Program-made: the position numbers and the translations under genes
Origin: a virus
Length of the DNA stretch: 35,614 nt
Strand: one strand, 5' to 3'
IMG/VR virus record: IMGVR_UViG_3300048064_000264
Shown here: piece after piece, positions 32,110 to 35,614 of the stretch
Numbering within the stretch: the first letter of the stretch is position 1
How the letters are laid out: each line of letters begins with the position of its first letter
The notes under the pieces: generated by a model
Told to the model about the DNA's origin: nothing
The model's database searches: none
The model's input: only the letters and a program-made list of their open reading frames with translations

Positions 32110-32398
32110 GGATAAGAACGGCAACCTTAGTAAGAAAGAGTTTCAACAACTTGAAATAGAAGACCGCCGACTTAAAATAGCTGATGCAGACGAAAAAAGA
32201 AACACTGAACGATTGCTTGTTAAAGCGTGTTGCGCGGGAATGTTATTATACCCTTTTATTATTTTATTAGCATCTGTTCTTGGCTTTGAGGTGGCGGCAA
32301 GTCTTATAACAGATATTGCAAGCGTTTATGTTGTGGCGGCTAGTGGAGTCGTTGTCGGTTATTTTGGGTTTAACAGCATAAGGGATAAAAACGCATGA
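32084..32398 (+). CDS. EF-hand two-TM membrane protein (holin/antiholin-like)
   Basis: DKDKNGNLSKKEF (loop at 32105..32140) satisfies the canonical 12-residue EF-hand loop pattern. Two hydrophobic helices follow. AGGAG RBS upstream. ATGA overlap with the holin gene. Confidence 0.7.
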   Translation: MTEFDKLDKDKNGNLSKKEFQQLEIEDRRLKIADADEKRNTERLLVKACCAGMLLYPFIILLASVLGFEVAASLITDIASVYVVAASGVVVGYFGFNSIRDKNA

Positions 32399-32778
32399 TA
32401 GCACAACTATTAGGTCCAGTTGCAAGTTTAGCAGGCTCTTGGCTTGATGCAAAAACAACCAAACAAGCGGCTGAAGCCAAATTAAAGCTAACGGAGGCAG
32501 AAGCAAAAAGTAAAATATTGCTCTCAAAAGAAACATCGGTTGCCGATTGGGAGCGGATAATGGCGCAAGGAACTCAAAACTCATGGAAAGACGAATATTT
32601 GGTTGGCTTGTTCAGTATTCCATTAATTTTAGTGTTCACAGGTGAAAAAGGCCGTCAGATCGTTGCAGAGGGCTTTATAGCGTTGGAAAGTATGCCAGAG
32701 TGGTATCAATATACGTTAGGAGTTATCGTAGCCAGTAGCTTTGCCGTCAGGTCTGCCACAAAGTTTTTTAGAAAATAG
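32395..32778 (+). CDS. Putative holin (resembles GTA-type 3-TM holins)
   Basis: An amphipathic AEAKLKLTEAEAK N-terminus plus hydrophobic segments LVGLFSIPLILVF and YTLGVIVASSFAV. It lies directly upstream of the endolysin. Confidence 0.5.
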   Translation: MIAQLLGPVASLAGSWLDAKTTKQAAEAKLKLTEAEAKSKILLSKETSVADWERIMAQGTQNSWKDEYLVGLFSIPLILVFTGEKGRQIVAEGFIALESMPEWYQYTLGVIVASSFAVRSATKFFRK

Positions 32779-32794
32779 TAATAGGAAAATTAAA

Positions 32795-33262
32795 ATGTCT
32801 TTTAAATTATCAAGTAGGTCTTTGGGCAAGCTAGAGGGTGTTCACCCTGATATGGTTGCTACAGTACAAAAGGCCATAGAACTTACAAAAGTTGACTTTG
32901 GCGTGACGTATGGCGTCAGAACTGTTGAGGAACAGCAACGGCTTTTTGATATGGGCAGAAGCCAAACAATGAAATCAAAACACTTAATGCAAGAAAGCGG
33001 TTTTTCACACGCTGTTGATTTGGTGGCATACGATGGTTCTGAAGTTGTTTGGGAAATAAATGTATATGATGACATAGCTGATGCAATGGCTAGTGCGGCC
33101 AAGGAAGTAGGTTGTCGGCTTAGATGGGGCGCGGCATGGCATATAGACGATATAGGCGACTTTGAAGGCACTATGGAAGATGCTATGAATGAGTATGTAG
33201 ACCTTAGAAGGTCACAAGGGCGCAGGCCGTTTATAGATGGTCCACATTTCGAATTAAGGTAA
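32795..33262 (+). CDS. Endolysin, peptidase M15 (VanY/L-Ala-D-Glu peptidase-like)
   Basis: Zn-ligand pattern SKHLMQESGFSHAVDL ... DGPHFEL. I prefer the ATG at 32795 (MSFKLSS) over the track start. Confidence 0.8.
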   Translation: MSFKLSSRSLGKLEGVHPDMVATVQKAIELTKVDFGVTYGVRTVEEQQRLFDMGRSQTMKSKHLMQESGFSHAVDLVAYDGSEVVWEINVYDDIADAMASAAKEVGCRLRWGAAWHIDDIGDFEGTMEDAMNEYVDLRRSQGRRPFIDGPHFELR

Positions 33263-33287
33263 GGGGGCTAACTGCCCCCCCCTTTTT
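33263..33287 (+). terminator. Rho-independent terminator at the end of the rightward arm
   Basis: GGGGGC-TAACT-GCCCCC followed by CCCTTTTT. It lies between convergent genes. Confidence 0.75.
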
Positions 33288-33612
33288 ATGCCGCCTTTTT
33301 GTAAGTGTTGGGGTTTACCTCTATGGCTTGTTCTTCGTAAAATTCTTTGCTTTGCTCGTCCATATCGTCAAGAACGGTTTGCCATTCTGCATAAGTTCTA
33401 ACGCTTCTTACAAACTCTTTATGGCCTAAATTGTTAGTGGTAACTATTGCCGCCACAAAAGCCATAGCGTCTTGCTCACGCTCTAAACCTTGCACAACGT
33501 AATCGTCGCCGCCTTTATACTTCCAACGGTGTAGTCCCTCTGCAAACGCCCCAGAACCTACTTCTGCGCCATCATTTTCTAAAATTTGTGTGCTAACAAC
33601 ATATACATTCAT
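33286..33612 (-). CDS. Hypothetical early protein, 108 aa, last gene of the leftward arm
   Basis: ORF with the conserved leader and a promoter cassette upstream. Confidence 0.7.
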   Translation of the reverse strand: MNVYVVSTQILENDGAEVGSGAFAEGLHRWKYKGGDDYVVQGLEREQDAMAFVAAIVTTNNLGHKEFVRSVRTYAEWQTVLDDMDEQSKEFYEEQAIEVNPNTYKKAA

Positions 33613-33643
33613 TTTTAAAATCCTCTTTTTTGCTTATACGTTA

Positions 33644-33672
33644 ATTATAAATTAATAAATTGTAAATGTAAA
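33644..33672 (-). promoter_or_regulatory. Early promoter cassette (TTTACA-17-TATAAT)
   Basis: Near-consensus sigma70 geometry on the minus strand, followed by the leader TAACGTATAAGCAAAAAAGAGGATTTTAAAATG. Confidence 0.6.
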
Positions 33673-33699
33673 CTACTTTTTTTGTAAAAAGTAAAATAA

Positions 33700-33726
33700 A
33701 TTAAAAAGGGGGCTATTAACCCCCTC
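33700..33726 (-). terminator. Rho-independent terminator (minus strand)
   Basis: Minus strand reads GGGGG-TTAATAG-CCCCC followed by TTTTTAATTT, 8 nt after the stop of the 33733..34035 gene. Confidence 0.7.
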
Positions 33727-33732
33727 TAGCTT

Positions 33733-34035
33733 TTAAACATTTAATGTCATACACACTTTAGTTTCTGCTACTTTAACCGCCATTCTAATAGTGTCAAAAG
33801 GTCCACACTCTTCCAATACTTTTGTATTGTTATCGTGTTCGTAAATTGTAGTAAGGTATCCTCCTTCAGCAAAATCTTCTATGGTAACATACTGTGCGGC
33901 ATTGCCGCCTTCAGAAACTGGCTTTGCCTTCCAAAACGTGTTTATGTGATGTCCGTCAATATACTCGTCAACTTGGTCAAAACGCATAATACCATAATCA
34001 AATTTTGCGGGTTGTTCTTTAAAATAGTTACTCAT
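33733..34035 (-). CDS. Hypothetical early protein, 100 aa
   Basis: ORF flanked by a promoter cassette and a terminator. Confidence 0.7.
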   Translation of the reverse strand: MSNYFKEQPAKFDYGIMRFDQVDEYIDGHHINTFWKAKPVSEGGNAAQYVTIEDFAEGGYLTTIYEHDNNTKVLEECGPFDTIRMAVKVAETKVCMTLNV

Positions 34036-34066
34036 TTTTAAAATCCTCTTTTTTGCTTATATGTAA

Positions 34067-34095
34067 ACATTACACTATAAATTTGTAAGTGTAAA
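34067..34095 (-). promoter_or_regulatory. Early promoter cassette (TTTACA-17-TAATGT)
   Basis: Minus strand reads TTTACA CTTACAAATTTATAGTG TAATGT, then TTACATATAAGCAAAAAAGAGGA. Confidence 0.5.
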
Positions 34096-34125
34096 GCACT
34101 TTTTTTATAATTTTTTAATTTATTT

Positions 34126-34332
34126 TTACCAAGGTCTTATTTTAGGTTTAGTTAATTTAGATAAAGCATCGCTTACATCGCAGTGTCCAGAAGTTGCATT
34201 TAATTTATCGTAAATAGTATTTGTATTTGTTAAAATATTCCAACAATCGTTTTCCGATAAAAACCAAACGCTAAACTGTAATTCATGTTCTGCTATTGGG
34301 TAAAATATTGTCAAAAGCGTATAATATTCCAT
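34126..34332 (-). CDS. Hypothetical early protein, 68 aa
   Basis: Track ORF. No clear RBS. Confidence 0.45.
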   Translation of the reverse strand: MEYYTLLTIFYPIAEHELQFSVWFLSENDCWNILTNTNTIYDKLNATSGHCDVSDALSKLTKPKIRPW

Positions 34333-34401
34333 TGTGTTTACTGCTCGTTTTTTTTATAAATAATAAGGGGAGGCAAATGCCATTAATTTAGTTGGTGTCT
34401 A

Positions 34402-34677
34402 TTAGTGTCGTTTAATATCCTCCCCACGAATATCCCAAGGAACTTTTGGTAAAGTTATTCTTTGGTTTGCTATTTTTTTAGCATCTGTTTCTATAGAAGT
34501 TTTGCCGCCATAATGCTTGGCAAATTCAACGCCAAATCTAAATGCGTGTGTTCTAAGTGAGTTTGTATCTATCCCCATTGCCCTAGATGCTTCAACTATT
34601 GTCAGGTGGCTAAATAACTCAAAAAGTTCTTTTACTTCTATAGCCTGCTTTTTTCTTAATTTCTCCCAAGGTTTCAT
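34402..34677 (-). CDS. Small HTH DNA-binding protein, 91 aa
   Basis: LTIVEASRAMGIDTNSLRTHAFRFGV is a helix-turn-helix-like segment. ATGA overlap with the upstream ORF. Confidence 0.5.
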   Translation of the reverse strand: MKPWEKLRKKQAIEVKELFELFSHLTIVEASRAMGIDTNSLRTHAFRFGVEFAKHYGGKTSIETDAKKIANQRITLPKVPWDIRGEDIKRH

Positions 34678-34853
34678 ATTCTAACTCCTTCCTCCCTTAG
34701 TTTTTTAACTAATACCGCCATAGCTTCTTTTGCTTGCCTATAGTCTTGTTTAACTGATGGCGGTGCTTCTGGTAGTAAGGCTAGAGGTTCTAACCTATCT
34801 ATATCGCGTTTTATACTGTCTCGAGTGTCCCTATCTTCTGGTTTAATTTCCAT
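34674..34853 (-). CDS. Small early protein, 59 aa (MEIKPEDRDTRDSIKR...)
   Basis: Hand-translated ORF just under the track cutoff. AAGAGG RBS upstream. Confidence 0.5.
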   Translation of the reverse strand: MEIKPEDRDTRDSIKRDIDRLEPLALLPEAPPSVKQDYRQAKEAMAVLVKKLREEGVRI

Positions 34854-34864
34854 TTTTGCCTCTT

Positions 34865-35086
34865 TTACTTTTGTTTTAAATTATGTTCCTTTTCAAATAC
34901 AAACCATTTATTTCTAAAAGAGTTTGTAAACTCGTCCATTCTAGTTCTAAAAAGTTCTGGGTGGTGGTCAAAACTATTTTTTTCTTCGTTTCGTACTTCT
35001 TGGTCATTTTCCACCCATGTCGCTATATGCTGTAAAACAAAGTTTTCTAACTCTGGCCATGTTAGCGGGGTTGTTACTTTATCCAT
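34865..35086 (-). CDS. Hypothetical early protein, 73 aa
   Basis: Track ORF overlapping the upstream gene by 13 nt. Confidence 0.55.
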   Translation of the reverse strand: MDKVTTPLTWPELENFVLQHIATWVENDQEVRNEEKNSFDHHPELFRTRMDEFTNSFRNKWFVFEKEHNLKQK

Positions 35087-35259
35087 TCTTTGTGTCCTTT
35101 ATCCATTGCATCTATTGCGTTATTTATAACGTAGTTTTCAGTAGCCATATCTGAGTCTACAAACTCAACACCCATAATATCCAAGCAATGTCCTTGCAAT
35201 GCTTGAACAACTGCAAAATATTGTGGTTCAGTTAATTCTATTTTTATCTTTTTACTCAT
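35074..35259 (-). CDS. Hypothetical early protein, 61 aa
   Basis: Track ORF. ATGA overlap with the upstream micro-ORF. Confidence 0.55.
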   Translation of the reverse strand: MSKKIKIELTEPQYFAVVQALQGHCLDIMGVEFVDSDMATENYVINNAIDAMDKGHKEWIK

Positions 35260-35351
35260 TGCATCACCATAAAGCTGTCTATGTTTAGGGCGGCTATAAT
35301 CATCATTATAATCATAGCCACAAAAATTATTTTATCTTGCCAATCAATCAT
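35256..35351 (-). CDS. Possible 31-aa single-TM micro-protein (MIDWQDKIIFVAMIIMMIIAALNIDSFMVMQ)
   Basis: Hand-translated ORF with coupled start and stop codons in the operon. Confidence 0.35.
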   Translation of the reverse strand: MIDWQDKIIFVAMIIMMIIAALNIDSFMVMQ

Positions 35352-35354
35352 TTT

Positions 35355-35486
35355 TTATAACTCCAATACTTTTATAGTACCGTTACATTCATTAGCGGTT
35401 TCACTTGCGCTTATGTGATTATCATGGTCTGCATAAACGTAGGGTTTGCCCTCTGTGTCGTAGGCAATTACAATATATAAAGTCAT
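35355..35486 (-). CDS. Small early protein, 43 aa (MTLYIVIAYDTEGKPYVYADHD...)
   Basis: Hand-translated ORF. TAATG overlap with the junction-spanning gene. Confidence 0.4.
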   Translation of the reverse strand: MTLYIVIAYDTEGKPYVYADHDNHISASETANECNGTIKVLEL

Positions 35487-35614
35487 TAAAAACTCTCCTT
35501 CCATAAGTCATAAGCAGTGTCATCACACTGAGCAGTTTCCATAGATAAAGCTTCTTCTATTGCCATAAAGTATTCGTTTTCCACAAAAGCTCTTACATAT
35601 TTTGGAAGTTCTTT
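35486..35614 (-). CDS. 3' part of the junction-spanning 93-aa gene (same gene as 1..278)
   Basis: The frame continues from the repeat copy to TAA at 35486..35488. Confidence 0.5.
   Translation of the reverse strand, partial: KELPKYVRAFVENEYFMAIEEALSMETAQCDDTAYDLWKESF
35490..35614. repeat. Terminal direct repeat, copy 2 (identical to 1..125)
   Basis: Exact match to 1..125. This implies a circular or permuted 35,489-bp unit. Confidence 0.95.

Noticed and set aside
34333-34401. Possible terminator or promoter in the gap between 34402..34677 and 34126..34332
   Set aside because: There is only a 4-bp GGCA/TGCC stem and no cassette-type -35/-10 pair. The evidence is too weak to call.

Overview
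The window is a complete, circularly closed genome of a tailed dsDNA phage. The unit length is 35,489 bp, and the first 125 bases recur exactly as the last 125 bases. I found no tape-measure, sheath or tail-tube gene. Together with the ejection proteins and tail fibres this points to a podovirus-like virion.

The genome has two transcriptional arms.

1. Leftward (minus-strand) early arm. It runs from about 6242 down to base 1, then wraps to 35489 and continues down to 33286.
- It holds about 25 mostly tiny orphan genes.
- It also holds a lambdoid-style recombination set: an Erf/Rad52-like annealing protein, SSB, a NinB-like protein, a DUF968/Ref-like HNH protein, and RusA on the opposite strand.
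- A DUF932 protein and a 337-aa orphan are also here.

2. Rightward (plus-strand) arm, 6333 to 33262, in this order:
- an XRE-type HTH regulator and a replication organiser;
- a ParB-domain/DNA-methyltransferase fusion translationally coupled to a SpeH-type SAM decarboxylase;
- small and large terminase, and polybasic micro-proteins;
- an adaptor candidate and two tail-fibre modules with S74 chaperone domains;
- a glycine-rich protein and a repeat protein;
- a large tail protein with an embedded cupredoxin-like domain;
- ejection proteins, one with a lytic transglycosylase domain;
- portal, scaffold and an SU10/DUF5309-type major capsid protein;
- a lysis region: an EF-hand two-TM protein, a holin and an M15 endolysin.

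The early regions carry about 10 copies of a conserved promoter-plus-leader cassette and a family of G-run/C-run hairpins. I found no integrase, tRNA, CRISPR array, reverse transcriptase or phage polymerase.

The candidates most worth follow-up are:
- the methyltransferase-like/SAM-decarboxylase pair;
- the EF-hand protein coupled to the holin;
- the type-1-copper-like domain in the tail protein;
- the fully overlapping divergent promoter pair at 6268..6298.

All functional calls come from motif recognition by eye. No database search was run.
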